A stretch of 64,000 nt of DNA, taken from positions 9,127-73,126 of IMG/VR virus record IMGVR_UViG_3300014204_000172; one strand, given 5' to 3'. The position numbers were made by a program, and so were the translations under genes. Under the pieces are notes generated by a model. That model saw nothing but the letters and a program-made list of their open reading frames with translations. It ran no database searches and was not told the DNA's origin. This DNA comes from a virus. Taxonomy: Duplodnaviria; Caudoviricetes. Shown in pieces: positions 39,658-49,717 of the stretch (its first letter is position 1; each line of letters starts with the position of its first letter).

Positions 39658-40575
39658 TTAGTATCGTAACAGTATAATTTCTTTCGTCTCTGGAGTAAAG
39701 AAAATTACTCCTCCAAAAATAGTAGTTAAATCAGATAAACCAATATACGTTCTATTACTAATAATTGATGGTATGACATTTAATTTAAAATATTTACCAT
39801 CAATACTGCCTGTCTGATTGTTAATTGTTAAATGGACTGTTTTATTATTAACTTTAATATCCATGGATTTGTTCGATGCAAACCAAGTAATCGATGCATT
39901 ATAAATACTTGCCACATCAGCTAATCCTATCAAAGTTCTTGAATTCTTAATTATTGGTGCAACTTTTAAATTGATTGACTTAAAATTGTCAACCATCGTT
40001 AATTGACCGATTTTAAACCAAGTAACTTTAAAGCAATTGTAATACATATTGATGTAGGTATGTATAATTCCTTTAGCCATCAAATAGCTATTTTTAATTA
40101 GTTTTACTTCGTTAGGATTCGATATAAATCCAGCTTCTATTAATACTAAAGGAATTTGAGCTACATCAAATTCTCTGGTATATCTCTGTATCCCATTCAC
40201 CCAGTTGTCGTAATAATACTTGATGTCAATTATCCGTAGATTGGTATATTTCGACATATTACTCATCAATGATTTAGCAAATTCTGAACCTTGCTCGTTT
40301 TTTAGTGCTAACAATCCTGTTGATTTTGGTCCTGACGAATTGATATGAATAGATATCTTATGGGTTATTCTTGGATCGTATTCTAAGCGTTCAACCGTGT
40401 CGTAAAAATAAGGTGGCGAAATATGAGGTATCTTTAAAGCATTGCAGTAAACATTTACGGAATCTCTGATCGCTTTAGCTAATTTAGCTTCGGTTTCATT
40501 ATTATCTACAGCTCCTGGATCATCACCTGCTAAATGTCCTGAATCATTGCTATATAAGTAATAATTACTCATCAA
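39658..40575 (-). CDS. Endolysin: N-acetylmuramoyl-L-alanine amidase (Amidase_3) plus copper-amine-oxidase-N-like C-terminal domain
   Basis: DSGH...DPGA...E, SIHINS and VLIEAGFISN; C-terminal APIIKNSRTLIGLADV...ITW...IKVNNKTVHLTIN. Confidence 0.85.
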   Translation of the reverse strand: MMSNYYLYSNDSGHLAGDDPGAVDNNETEAKLAKAIRDSVNVYCNALKIPHISPPYFYDTVERLEYDPRITHKISIHINSSGPKSTGLLALKNEQGSEFAKSLMSNMSKYTNLRIIDIKYYYDNWVNGIQRYTREFDVAQIPLVLIEAGFISNPNEVKLIKNSYLMAKGIIHTYINMYYNCFKVTWFKIGQLTMVDNFKSINLKVAPIIKNSRTLIGLADVASIYNASITWFASNKSMDIKVNNKTVHLTINNQTGSIDGKYFKLNVIPSIISNRTYIGLSDLTTIFGGVIFFTPETKEIILLRY

Positions 40576-40590
40576 ATGCCACCTTATTCA

Positions 40591-40881
40591 TTAAATCAAA
40601 ACAAAATCTACGCCTAAAGTTTCACAAAAGATTTTGAAATTGGCGTATTCATCAGGAGTTAAACCTTGCCCTTTGTCAAACCAAATCGGGTCACCAGTTG
40701 GATGTCCGAATGCCTGTAATCGATCTTCTGGTTGGTGATTGATAATTTGTCGATCAAACCAGATAGGTTCACCAATAGGAAAACTTGCTCCGCCTACTTG
40801 ATAAGTAATAGGAGTATTAACTGGTAACTCCCACGAATCAATGTGATACGAAGTCGAATCATGCGTAAAATTGATCTTCAT
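40591..40881 (-). CDS. Hypothetical protein in the lysis cassette with internal duplication
   Basis: GEPIWFDRQ and GDPIWFDKG. Confidence 0.55.
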   Translation of the reverse strand: MKINFTHDSTSYHIDSWELPVNTPITYQVGGASFPIGEPIWFDRQIINHQPEDRLQAFGHPTGDPIWFDKGQGLTPDEYANFKIFCETLGVDFVLI

Positions 40882-40900
40882 TTTTTATTCCTCCTTTCTT

Positions 40901-41614
40901 TTAATTTACTAAACCCCAACAATCATAAGAATATTTTTCTAAATAAGCGAATGGTAAATAACAATAACCTTTAGAACCAAAAGCTACTCCCCAGGAATTC
41001 CGAATAATCATATACCATTTACATCCTATTTTCTTATAACCAACTACTAGTATTGCATGACCACCTAACGATCTTTCCGATAACTTAGGCATCTTGACTA
41101 TTCCTGTTGAATTAACATTTTCAAAAGTAGAAAATACATCAATTCCTACTAATACCGGCTGTTTTTTTAGATATAAAAAATTTTGGATTCCTGATAAATT
41201 ATGAACAGCTTGATAGGAATTTATTTTTAATTTTAATGCTTCTTCATAAGCATTTTCTGATGGTTTTACTGAATAACTGCTTACCGGTAAATACATATCA
41301 TAGGAATCATAGCAAACTCCATATTTTTTCAATGCATCACAAATTGAACGCATCGTTGCTCCGTTGTCATTATTCGTATCATTCAATAAAACTCTCTCCT
41401 GATAATACAAGAAATGACGACTTAAAGTAATAGTTATTCCTGATAACATTTGTCTAGCCGAACAGCCGGCGTTAGCTGTGCAATCATTAATCATCTGGGT
41501 AAAAATAGGTGGACAGATTGGACGTAAATCGATTGATTTTGGTAATTTTACTTTTACATACTGATATTGGAAATCTCTAACGTCTAATTGTTGTCTAATT
41601 AATCCGTATTTCAT
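40901..41614 (-). CDS. Papain-like C1 family cysteine peptidase
   Basis: DLRP, Q...CTANA (catalytic Cys), GGHAILVVGY (His) and IRNSWG (Asn). Confidence 0.88.
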   Translation of the reverse strand: MKYGLIRQQLDVRDFQYQYVKVKLPKSIDLRPICPPIFTQMINDCTANAGCSARQMLSGITITLSRHFLYYQERVLLNDTNNDNGATMRSICDALKKYGVCYDSYDMYLPVSSYSVKPSENAYEEALKLKINSYQAVHNLSGIQNFLYLKKQPVLVGIDVFSTFENVNSTGIVKMPKLSERSLGGHAILVVGYKKIGCKWYMIIRNSWGVAFGSKGYCYLPFAYLEKYSYDCWGLVN

Positions 41615-42054
41615 GGTTCTTTAGCTCCTGTAGTATTTTTAGATAGTAATTCTTTTAAATCTTTTTCTAACTGATTTTTTATTTCTTCTTTAATCTTAAC
41701 TTCATTAACTGTATTTAACTGAACTGATTTCGTAATTGCATTAACTTTAACAATGATGTAGCTAGTTGTTGATATAAATGATGCAAGTACCAATAAGGTA
41801 GCCCAAAAACCCTTCCAATCTCTGTAGATATTTAATACCGGATTTATTTTTTGTCTAAATTCTTCCTCAGCTTTCTTTTTTGTTTCTTCCTCTTTAGTTT
41901 TGAAACAATCCTTTACTCCTTCAATCAATAAGGAATCTTTGATTTTCTGTAACTGCAAAGAATGTTCGGAACAAAGCTTATCTTTTTCATTCAATCGAAA
42001 TAGTATTGTTTTTACATCTGCAAAAATATTGCTTATCTTCTCTTCTGTTGTCAT
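41611..42054 (-). CDS. Coiled-coil single-pass membrane protein (lysis-cassette accessory)
   Basis: N-terminal coiled coil, then the TM segment FWATLLVLASFISTTSYIIV. Confidence 0.55.
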   Translation of the reverse strand: MTTEEKISNIFADVKTILFRLNEKDKLCSEHSLQLQKIKDSLLIEGVKDCFKTKEEETKKKAEEEFRQKINPVLNIYRDWKGFWATLLVLASFISTTSYIIVKVNAITKSVQLNTVNEVKIKEEIKNQLEKDLKELLSKNTTGAKEP

Positions 42055-42068
42055 TCATCCTCCCTATC

Positions 42069-42386
42069 TTATGGTTTATAAGAAGGTTTTACCACAATAA
42101 GAAACTCAGGTAAAGATAAAACTGAACCATCTACATATCTTAATTGTATTTGTGATTTACATTCAGATTCCGATGTAAAATCAGCAGCAGTTAATGAATA
42201 GGATATGATACCCAAAACATTTACAATCGTGCATAATCTCTCATATTTAGGAGTAGCTGATTTGCCATAGCCATATTGCAAATAAGGAAAGCAATTCGTT
42301 AAATTAATCAATGTATCATGGTCGTCTGTTAATGTCATTACTCTTGGAAACTTTAAATCACCAACAGTAACAATTAATTCTTGCAT
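42069..42386 (-). CDS. BppU N-terminal-like adaptor domain protein
   Basis: GD...MTLTD...INLT...ISYSLTAADF...QIQLRYVDGSVLS pattern. Confidence 0.55.
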   Translation of the reverse strand: MQELIVTVGDLKFPRVMTLTDDHDTLINLTNCFPYLQYGYGKSATPKYERLCTIVNVLGIISYSLTAADFTSESECKSQIQLRYVDGSVLSLPEFLIVVKPSYKP

Positions 42387-42392
42387 ATTAAT

Positions 42393-43132
42393 TTATTCTT
42401 TCAACAAACTCTGAATGTAGTTATCACTAAAAAAAGGTTCTAAAACTGCCAATTCATATCCTTTTAATCCATGATTTAAACCAGTTAAATCTAAAGGATA
42501 GAATTCAATGATAATTTTTTCATTCAACATTGGTTCCAGTTTTTCTTCATATTCATTTTTTGTAACTAATCGAATCTCCCATCCCTGTTTTTTTACTCCT
42601 GATTCATCAGTTTTTTCAATTCGATCAGCATATTGTTCTAGTAGTGGTTTTCGGATTAATTCAAAAGTTTGCATTTCATTACTCATCATTTTTAAAATCC
42701 GACCAGCTCTAAATTGCATTCCTGAATTATTCATATCTGCAATCGCTAATTTACCCATACTAGCTAAGATATTCGTATCTAAAACTTGATTCGTAATCAT
42801 TTTTATGGTTATTGGTAAACTCCTTAATTCTTGCATTCTTCGATTCCTTTCTTTTACTTGCCTAATGCCTGGCTAATCAAATTTTTATATTCAGCCAGTT
42901 CTTCTTTGTTAAGTGCTTTTAAAGCTTCTGAAACTAAATTTCGTTTGGCTTTCAATAGTAATTCAACATTAATTGCATCTTTGCATAGCTGAACCAAAGA
43001 AATAAACATCTCATTGACTGATTTTTCGGTATCCTGAAAATCAATGGATGTTACTTCACCTTCTTTTAATTCAGGTTTGATTACTTTACCTTTCAAATCT
43101 TTTGGCAAATCTTTTTCAATTCTAACTAACAT
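42393..43132 (-). other. Two small proteins after the fibre genes (possible fibre assembly chaperones)
   Basis: ORFs 42393..42836 and 42854..43132; position only. Confidence 0.45.
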
Positions 43133-43156
43133 TTTATTTACTCCTTCTTAATTTAT

Positions 43157-44635
43157 TTATGGAATAGCCATTAATCTACAGCCTATCCATCTTTCATAGG
43201 TAGATGATACTGATTCTGTCGTATAAGCGAATAATCCTTCGTTAGTCGTTGGGTTCCATGATTTTGGTGCACCCTTTAGTAAAATTCCTTGACTTCCCAA
43301 AACAGTTCTATATGAATCACCAATTTTTGTTCCTCCACCTTCTGTAAAAACAGGTAAAAATCCAGGATGGTTTGGACTTCTCATCGGTAATCCAAAAAAA
43401 TTATTATACTGAGCGATCGTATCTCTTAATTTTATATACGGATGAGCGAAAGTATCGCAAACAAACCCATGGTCAGCTAACCAAACTGTTTCATCTGATT
43501 TTTTATTTATACCTTCCACAAACTTCATGATATTTCCCCATAGATTTTCTAAACCTCTATAAGAAACTGAACATAAATTATCAGTTCCAGTTTGTCTACC
43601 AGAAGCATTTCCTAAAGCAGTCGTAGCTCCGGTTACATGTGCCATATTGGTTGAACCATCATCCGTTTCTCCGGTAACTCCCTGTCCTATTTCTGTCTGA
43701 GCGAATGGTGATGCATATTCGATTAAATACATGAGTTGAGATACACTTAAACTTAAAAAATCATGTAAACCCCAACCAACACCTCGGTTGACTGCTAACT
43801 TTCTAGCATTGGCAAAATTCAATGTATTATTCTTACCAGATATAGGTTTTACTAGTGCTATAGAACTTAATTTGTCTCCGGTGGTTGCTGTAAAGTCTAT
43901 TCCTGACTCATCATTGTTTAAATATCCCGGCTCTCCCATGGTTGTATTGGCTATTGTAGCTGTAACTCCTGTTGTTGAACCATCAAAAATATAAGTTCCT
44001 CCACGATATCCGACAGCATCCGAGGTAAATATAACGGTAGTTCCGCTACCTGATAAAGTCCATCCAGTAAATACCGTACCCCGAATAATAGTTGCAACTT
44101 CTGTCGCATCATCGGTATCTGTAACTGCAATAACAACTGGCGTACCATCCATGGTTATTGTTATGTTACCTGTAACCGAACAACCAGCGGTGACTTCTAA
44201 TGTTCTTACAGTTGCTACCGATCCGACTACATAGGCTGAGGCTTCATAAGCACCGGCGAATATATGGGTTTTTAATACGGAATCTCTTATAAAATTCGGA
44301 TGAATAAAAGATCCTTCAAAAGGATAGGGAGAAATCCACCATCGGTATCTATTCGGGCTTTTGATGTATTCGACAGCCATATAACATAATTTTTGATAAA
44401 CCATTACCTGACCATCTGAACCATCTTCTAAATATCCGCCTTCTCCGAAATAATGGTTAATGGTTTTTGCATCAGCAATCGTACATCGTTTATGACTCAA
44501 CCAAGGTTCGACTGTATCAAAATTGGCTCTTACCATACCCCTAGCTAAACCTAGACGAGTCCAAACATTGGTATCATAATTCCATTCTACTCCATAAGCA
44601 TTTCTGACTTTGGATAAAAATTGCTTGTTACTCAT
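43157..44635 (-). CDS. Tail fibre/receptor-binding protein with C-type-lectin (FGE-sulfatase/Mtd-like) fold
   Basis: FAGAYEAS, GLENLWGNIMKFVEG and C-terminal IGCRL; carries an internal Thr/Gly-rich beta insertion. Confidence 0.7.
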   Translation of the reverse strand: MSNKQFLSKVRNAYGVEWNYDTNVWTRLGLARGMVRANFDTVEPWLSHKRCTIADAKTINHYFGEGGYLEDGSDGQVMVYQKLCYMAVEYIKSPNRYRWWISPYPFEGSFIHPNFIRDSVLKTHIFAGAYEASAYVVGSVATVRTLEVTAGCSVTGNITITMDGTPVVIAVTDTDDATEVATIIRGTVFTGWTLSGSGTTVIFTSDAVGYRGGTYIFDGSTTGVTATIANTTMGEPGYLNNDESGIDFTATTGDKLSSIALVKPISGKNNTLNFANARKLAVNRGVGWGLHDFLSLSVSQLMYLIEYASPFAQTEIGQGVTGETDDGSTNMAHVTGATTALGNASGRQTGTDNLCSVSYRGLENLWGNIMKFVEGINKKSDETVWLADHGFVCDTFAHPYIKLRDTIAQYNNFFGLPMRSPNHPGFLPVFTEGGGTKIGDSYRTVLGSQGILLKGAPKSWNPTTNEGLFAYTTESVSSTYERWIGCRLMAIP

Positions 44636-44645
44636 TTGTTCCTCC

Positions 44646-45764
44646 TTATCTCACAAACCAGTTGGCATTATTAGAGTACAGCGATACTGAGTCATATTGG
44701 TTATTCAATGTGTATGTAATCTGATCGTCAATACTTTCCGTTCCATTTGGTACAATATGAACAACAAATACTGTATCGTCCAATTTTTTGATTGTAAATC
44801 TATTGACATTCCCAACAGCGGTTGGAAGTGTAATTACAATATCGACAGTCGAGCAAGTCACATTAATACAATTATCATCTGTAGTTACCGTATAATCAGC
44901 GGTTTTGGATAATACATTGCACTTGTAATTTTTAGCTACCAAATTTCCAAGTAAAGTAGTGTTTCCTGAGTAATCGATAATTAATGGATACACATAAGAA
45001 CCACCATTGATAGCCATACCTAAACTAGCTAATATTCCAGCGGTAGCTCCTGAAACTGGCAATACTTTTAAAATAACATCGATTGCTTGATTAGAAGGTC
45101 CTGTCGTTTCCCAGACATTTCCTTTGATATGAATTAATCCCGGCATTTGTACCGGAACTATATTCGTAGCATTCGTAATATTTTCTATTAATAAGGCATC
45201 GGTAGGGGTTGCAGCAATCCCAGATAAATAATTACCAATAATATCACCGGCAGTAAAAGGATTGACAACTATACCCGATCTAGCCCAAAATGAAGCAGGA
45301 GTAGCATCGTCTACATATTTCTTATTTGCTACTTCATAATCAGCATCAGGAGCGGATGAAGGTGTTACAGGAAACACGCTAAATGTTAATATACCCGCCG
45401 AATGAGTAATCGTAGCGTTTCCATTATTAAAATTGATTACTGCTCCATCAGCTAAAAATAAATCTGACCACATTTTAGTTACAGAACCCAAAGCAAATGC
45501 ATCTGACGTACCCAAAATTAAATCAGCATTAATAGCGACTGATGCTAAATTGGATAATGCCTTATTAGCACCAATCGAATCATCGACATATTTTTTGTTT
45601 GCTGTTTGATAATCAGTTGTCGGTGGTGAACTTGGAGTAACCGGGAATGCCGGGAAAGTCCAAACACCAGTTGATACATTGACAGTTAAACCAGTTCCAA
45701 AAATATCAGTAATGGTTGTTGACAATGGATCGTATTTAAAAAGAGATATTGCTCCTGCTTCCAT
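44646..45764 (-). CDS. Tail fibre protein
   Basis: Duplicated FPVTPSS..DY..ANKKYVD repeat; C-terminal TADYTV...ITLP...FTIKK...YDSVSL fibre-tip domain. Confidence 0.7.
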   Translation of the reverse strand: MEAGAISLFKYDPLSTTITDIFGTGLTVNVSTGVWTFPAFPVTPSSPPTTDYQTANKKYVDDSIGANKALSNLASVAINADLILGTSDAFALGSVTKMWSDLFLADGAVINFNNGNATITHSAGILTFSVFPVTPSSAPDADYEVANKKYVDDATPASFWARSGIVVNPFTAGDIIGNYLSGIAATPTDALLIENITNATNIVPVQMPGLIHIKGNVWETTGPSNQAIDVILKVLPVSGATAGILASLGMAINGGSYVYPLIIDYSGNTTLLGNLVAKNYKCNVLSKTADYTVTTDDNCINVTCSTVDIVITLPTAVGNVNRFTIKKLDDTVFVVHIVPNGTESIDDQITYTLNNQYDSVSLYSNNANWFVR

Positions 45765-45776
45765 TTATAATCCTCC

Positions 45777-46844
45777 TTAAACCCAAGCTTCAACAATAAA
45801 TAATCCACCACCTACTTTAGGAGTGGCGAAATATATTGTCTTACCAACTAAATCTTTATCCATCTCTGTATATCCCATTGAACCATCGTGTCTATCGTAA
45901 GGACTCGTAGGAGTAGCGACTTTTCCTATTTCCCAAGCTGTGTAAAAAATATCTCCCGGTAATCCACCAGCTAATTTGATATTGAATGATTTCGTATGAT
46001 CTGGCAATAATTGAGAGCCTTCTGTACTAGCTAAAACTGTAACATTGTATAGAGTGGATACCGAAGCTTTTTTAGGCTGAGCTTCCAGTAAAGTTAAAAT
46101 ACCTTTTAAATAAGCAATAATTGATCCATCTGCTGTAGGATCAATAATCGCCACATCTGCTTTACTACCTAAACGAGTAATAAAATTGTCACCAGCCGCT
46201 ACATCTCCAAAGGATTTTAATAATCCTTTAGTCGTTTCGTCTTGGAATATTCTTAACAAACCTTTGGTAAAAGTAAGTAATGAACCTGAATCCGTATAAT
46301 CAATTTTAGCTGCATCTGCCAATTCTCCGATACGATTTGCTATATTTGTTCCAGCTCCAATATCTCCGACTGATTTTAAAAGTCCTTTGACTGAATCATC
46401 ATTTAATGCTTTAAATCTTGCAGTCCAATCATCGGCTGTTAAAGCTGTGCCAGCTATAGAAGATATATCGACTGAACCAAAATTAGAAATAATCGCGTAA
46501 GGTGCTCCAATAGGAATAACTACGCCAATCGCGGGGAATGTTAAAGTAGTTGCGTTATTAGTAGATATTTCTTGAGTATAATGAATACCACCAACTTCAA
46601 CGACAACAAAGGCATCTCTGGCTACCCACATATTTACTGCCCATGACATTAAAGCATCTATAACATTTATTCCACCTGCGGATGCTGCTGTGGTTACGGA
46701 TTTAATAAATGCAAATTGTGTTGAATGAGCCATAACTATAGCAAGTTCAGCTAAAAAGGACGCATCTGAACCATCTGCTTTCCTTATTTTATCTAACGGA
46801 TAATGTCTATCCGGCGTTGCTTCTTCATATCTAGGATCAACCAT
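45777..46844 (-). CDS. Tail fibre-associated protein
   Basis: Ala/Gly/Thr-rich; internal repeats KGLLKS(V/F)GD; N-terminal beta domain similar to the insertion in 60371..61504. Confidence 0.55.
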   Translation of the reverse strand: MVDPRYEEATPDRHYPLDKIRKADGSDASFLAELAIVMAHSTQFAFIKSVTTAASAGGINVIDALMSWAVNMWVARDAFVVVEVGGIHYTQEISTNNATTLTFPAIGVVIPIGAPYAIISNFGSVDISSIAGTALTADDWTARFKALNDDSVKGLLKSVGDIGAGTNIANRIGELADAAKIDYTDSGSLLTFTKGLLRIFQDETTKGLLKSFGDVAAGDNFITRLGSKADVAIIDPTADGSIIAYLKGILTLLEAQPKKASVSTLYNVTVLASTEGSQLLPDHTKSFNIKLAGGLPGDIFYTAWEIGKVATPTSPYDRHDGSMGYTEMDKDLVGKTIYFATPKVGGGLFIVEAWV

Positions 46845-46871
46845 TTTTAATACCTCCTACCTATTATCTAC

Positions 46872-47228
46872 CTATACTATATTAGTAATCAAACCATTAA
46901 CAATGGTTAGTGTTTTTGTGTCAATCGTAACTGTACCTGAATATCCATTGCTTACACCTGACGGTAATTTTTCAATCCAGATTCCTTGAGTTAAAAAATC
47001 TAAAGGTCTAATAATCCATGGATGAGTAATTACCTGTTCTGCTGATACTCCATCTATATCAAATATAAATACTAAGTTTTCATTACCTGATATAACATTT
47101 GCCAAATCTTCGTCTTGTATGGTTGCTATAGGAATGTTTTTTAAATATCTTAATCCTGATCCAGTTATTCCATTTAAATGATGGATATTTTTATAAGGCA
47201 ATTGAAACCTCCGGAACCAATAAATCAT
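46872..47228 (-). CDS. Small tail-associated protein
   Basis: C-terminal GYSGTVTIDTKTLTIVNGLITNI; the start is uncertain. Confidence 0.5.
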   Translation of the reverse strand: MIYWFRRFQLPYKNIHHLNGITGSGLRYLKNIPIATIQDEDLANVISGNENLVFIFDIDGVSAEQVITHPWIIRPLDFLTQGIWIEKLPSGVSNGYSGTVTIDTKTLTIVNGLITNIV

Positions 47229-47364
47229 TATTAGTTAGTAAATCTCCATTAGTCAATAAATCTCCATGAATCCAAACAATATTAACTGTATAATTAGCAC
47301 TCAATGTTATTTCTCTTGGATAACTTTTTAAACTAATGCTTTGTGGATAAGCTTTTAAAATCAT
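47191..47364 (-). CDS. 57-aa tail-associated microprotein
   Basis: Translated by hand: MILKAYPQSISLKSYPREITLS...GDLLTNGDLLTNNDLL; a GGT-containing RBS-like element lies just upstream. Confidence 0.55.
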   Translation of the reverse strand: MILKAYPQSISLKSYPREITLSANYTVNIVWIHGDLLTNGDLLTNNDLLVPEVSIAL

Positions 47365-47377
47365 TTTATTACCCTAC

Positions 47378-48646
47378 CTATGGCAGCCAACAACATCTGA
47401 AACCTGTCTTGGCTGATGTAAAAGTTCGAGCATTACGAAGGTCTAAATTCATAATTCCAGCAGCTAATTCACTTTCATAATCTCCTCCACGAATTGCTAT
47501 TTTTTCCGTTATAGAAGTCGAATTTAAATATGCTCTTTCTTTATGTCGTTCAACTAATGCATTACCAATTAATCTTGCAGCAGAATCAGCTTCTATATAA
47601 CCTAATCCACCACCACCATAAACATATCCACCAGCTAACCCTAAGCTAGTTAAAGCAAAAACTGCTCTATAATTCAAAGCTAATCCTGTACCTAAATTAA
47701 TAAATGCAAAATCCCCTGAACCATCATAATATAAACCTGGATATGATTGATAATGTATTAATATATTATACATGCCATATCCAGTTCCTGCACAAAAAGC
47801 TTTAACTGCATTTGGATCAGCTAGAGATGTATAAGTTCCATCTGTTCCCTTAATAGTATACCAATCAGTACTACCGGCTAAGTGACCAGCAACTCCTATA
47901 ATAGCTGATTCATTGTATCTAGTTATTTGTAATTCATGATCTTTATATCTTAATCCAGCTATCCATTCAGAAACATTTCCATTTAGATCTGAAATTCCCC
48001 AAGGAGTATTATCATGATTCCAATTATTAGGACCGGAACCAGTTTTTATTAAATTTGTTATTGCTGGAGGTCCTGAACCATCGTTTGTAGCTTCAATTCC
48101 TATTTCATTAGGTCCTGTTCTAAAAGAGGTATATACTATATTTTCCTTTTGTGATCCATAATAATTATTCCCTTTAGGAATAACTCCTTCATAATTTTTT
48201 GCTAGAATATTTGTGTATGTACAATTATATCCACTAAACATACAAGATAGTAATTGTATCATACCCCATTCGGCATTTGTCATCAAATGCCATCCAGTTC
48301 CTTTGTTTGTACAATAAGCTTGAGCAGTATCAAAATCCATTCCACTAGCTGGTGTTCTGTTAGGTAATGAATAAGCTTTTGAATCTTCAATCACGTTTTC
48401 ATATTTGGAACACATAAAATAATCTTTGACTGTTCCATCTGCTAACTTAAAAGCTGGAAAATAATCATCTATTACTCCCCAAGTAGTTAGTTGTGTCGCT
48501 GGATATAAATTACTGTACTTCATTTTTGGTATTTTAACCATAACTGATGGCTTACCTGTTTGAGCTATTACGTTATCAAATAAAATGGTGTTTTTTCCAC
48601 CACTAGCCATTTCCAAACCTAATTTTATATCTTGCCAGTTAGCCAT
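47378..48646 (-). CDS. C-type-lectin-fold (Mtd-like) tail protein
   Basis: SKYEN, GWHLMTNAEW, GISDLNGNVSEW and RGG...AG...TGFRC motifs. Confidence 0.78.
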   Translation of the reverse strand: MANWQDIKLGLEMASGGKNTILFDNVIAQTGKPSVMVKIPKMKYSNLYPATQLTTWGVIDDYFPAFKLADGTVKDYFMCSKYENVIEDSKAYSLPNRTPASGMDFDTAQAYCTNKGTGWHLMTNAEWGMIQLLSCMFSGYNCTYTNILAKNYEGVIPKGNNYYGSQKENIVYTSFRTGPNEIGIEATNDGSGPPAITNLIKTGSGPNNWNHDNTPWGISDLNGNVSEWIAGLRYKDHELQITRYNESAIIGVAGHLAGSTDWYTIKGTDGTYTSLADPNAVKAFCAGTGYGMYNILIHYQSYPGLYYDGSGDFAFINLGTGLALNYRAVFALTSLGLAGGYVYGGGGLGYIEADSAARLIGNALVERHKERAYLNSTSITEKIAIRGGDYESELAAGIMNLDLRNARTFTSAKTGFRCCWLP

Positions 48647-48658
48647 TATTATTCACCT

Positions 48659-49717
48659 CTAACTCATATCCGCCCAGGAACAGCGAAATCCAATTTTTGT
48701 TGAAACATCAGTCCTTTTGTTTAAGAAATCTAAAGCACCTAAGCCAGCATTTACGGTATCTGAATTATCTCCGCCTCTGGCACAGAATCTTTCTCCATTA
48801 TTTCTTATTCTAGCTAAATCCGAATCATATAAACCATCAGGGAATAGTCCAAAAGTTTTTAAAATTAATAAAGCAGCAGCATCCGCTGAGCCTCCATTAG
48901 TAATCGTTTGGAATGGCTGAGTCGTTGAATTAACATCAGTTGTTATATTTGTTACTGAGTCATTAATACAAATTCCAGTAGGTGTAGCAGTTAATGCGTC
49001 CATAAATATAGCATCAGCAGCACCGGCATTTTGGATTACTCCGCCAGTTTTATTTAAAGATTTCCATAATCCAGAACCAGCGGAATGACCAACGACTCCT
49101 GCATCGACAGATTTATTACGTTCCATTACATTGATTTCCCCAACATTTAAGCGGATTCCTGATAACCATTCCGCTACGTTACCATTTAAATCAGCTATTC
49201 CATCTCTAGTGAAATTATGATTCCAAGTCGAAGGACCGGAACCGGTAGCTGTATAATTACCGGATGTTATAGTTCCGAATTCATCTGGATAGGTGATATC
49301 AAATCCAGAATTATTATTTCCATGAGGTATAGTTAAATTTTTCTTACACCATAATAAAATACCAGCCCATTCTATATAACTCATCAAATGCCATCCCAAA
49401 CCTTTAGTTTCACAGTAGGCTAATGCTGCATCAATAGTGATATTGTTTGTTGGTTGTTTCAATGGCAATGAATAAGCTCTGTTATTTAAGATACAGTTCT
49501 GATATTTAGATATATAAATTTCGTCTAGGGTTATCCAAGTCCCTCCTTTCCAAACGTCGAAACAAGGATATATTGTATGCGGACCACCTACCAAGACATC
49601 ATCTACATAAAACTTAGGAATCTTATACATTACTGATGGCATATTTAAATCATCCAATAATACTTCTACGGAAGGAAAAATATTCTTAGCCAATATTTTT
49701 ATCTGATCCATAGCCAT
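48659..49717 (-). CDS. C-type-lectin-fold (Mtd-like) tail protein, paralog
   Basis: SKYQN, GWHLMSYIEW, GIADLNGNVAEW and RGG...AG...IGFRC motifs. Confidence 0.78.
   Translation of the reverse strand: MAMDQIKILAKNIFPSVEVLLDDLNMPSVMYKIPKFYVDDVLVGGPHTIYPCFDVWKGGTWITLDEIYISKYQNCILNNRAYSLPLKQPTNNITIDAALAYCETKGLGWHLMSYIEWAGILLWCKKNLTIPHGNNNSGFDITYPDEFGTITSGNYTATGSGPSTWNHNFTRDGIADLNGNVAEWLSGIRLNVGEINVMERNKSVDAGVVGHSAGSGLWKSLNKTGGVIQNAGAADAIFMDALTATPTGICINDSVTNITTDVNSTTQPFQTITNGGSADAAALLILKTFGLFPDGLYDSDLARIRNNGERFCARGGDNSDTVNAGLGALDFLNKRTDVSTKIGFRCSWADMS

Noticed and set aside
43157-49717. A complete diversity-generating retroelement
   Set aside because: No reverse transcriptase, Avd or template repeat was seen; only target-like proteins are present (reported as a finding).
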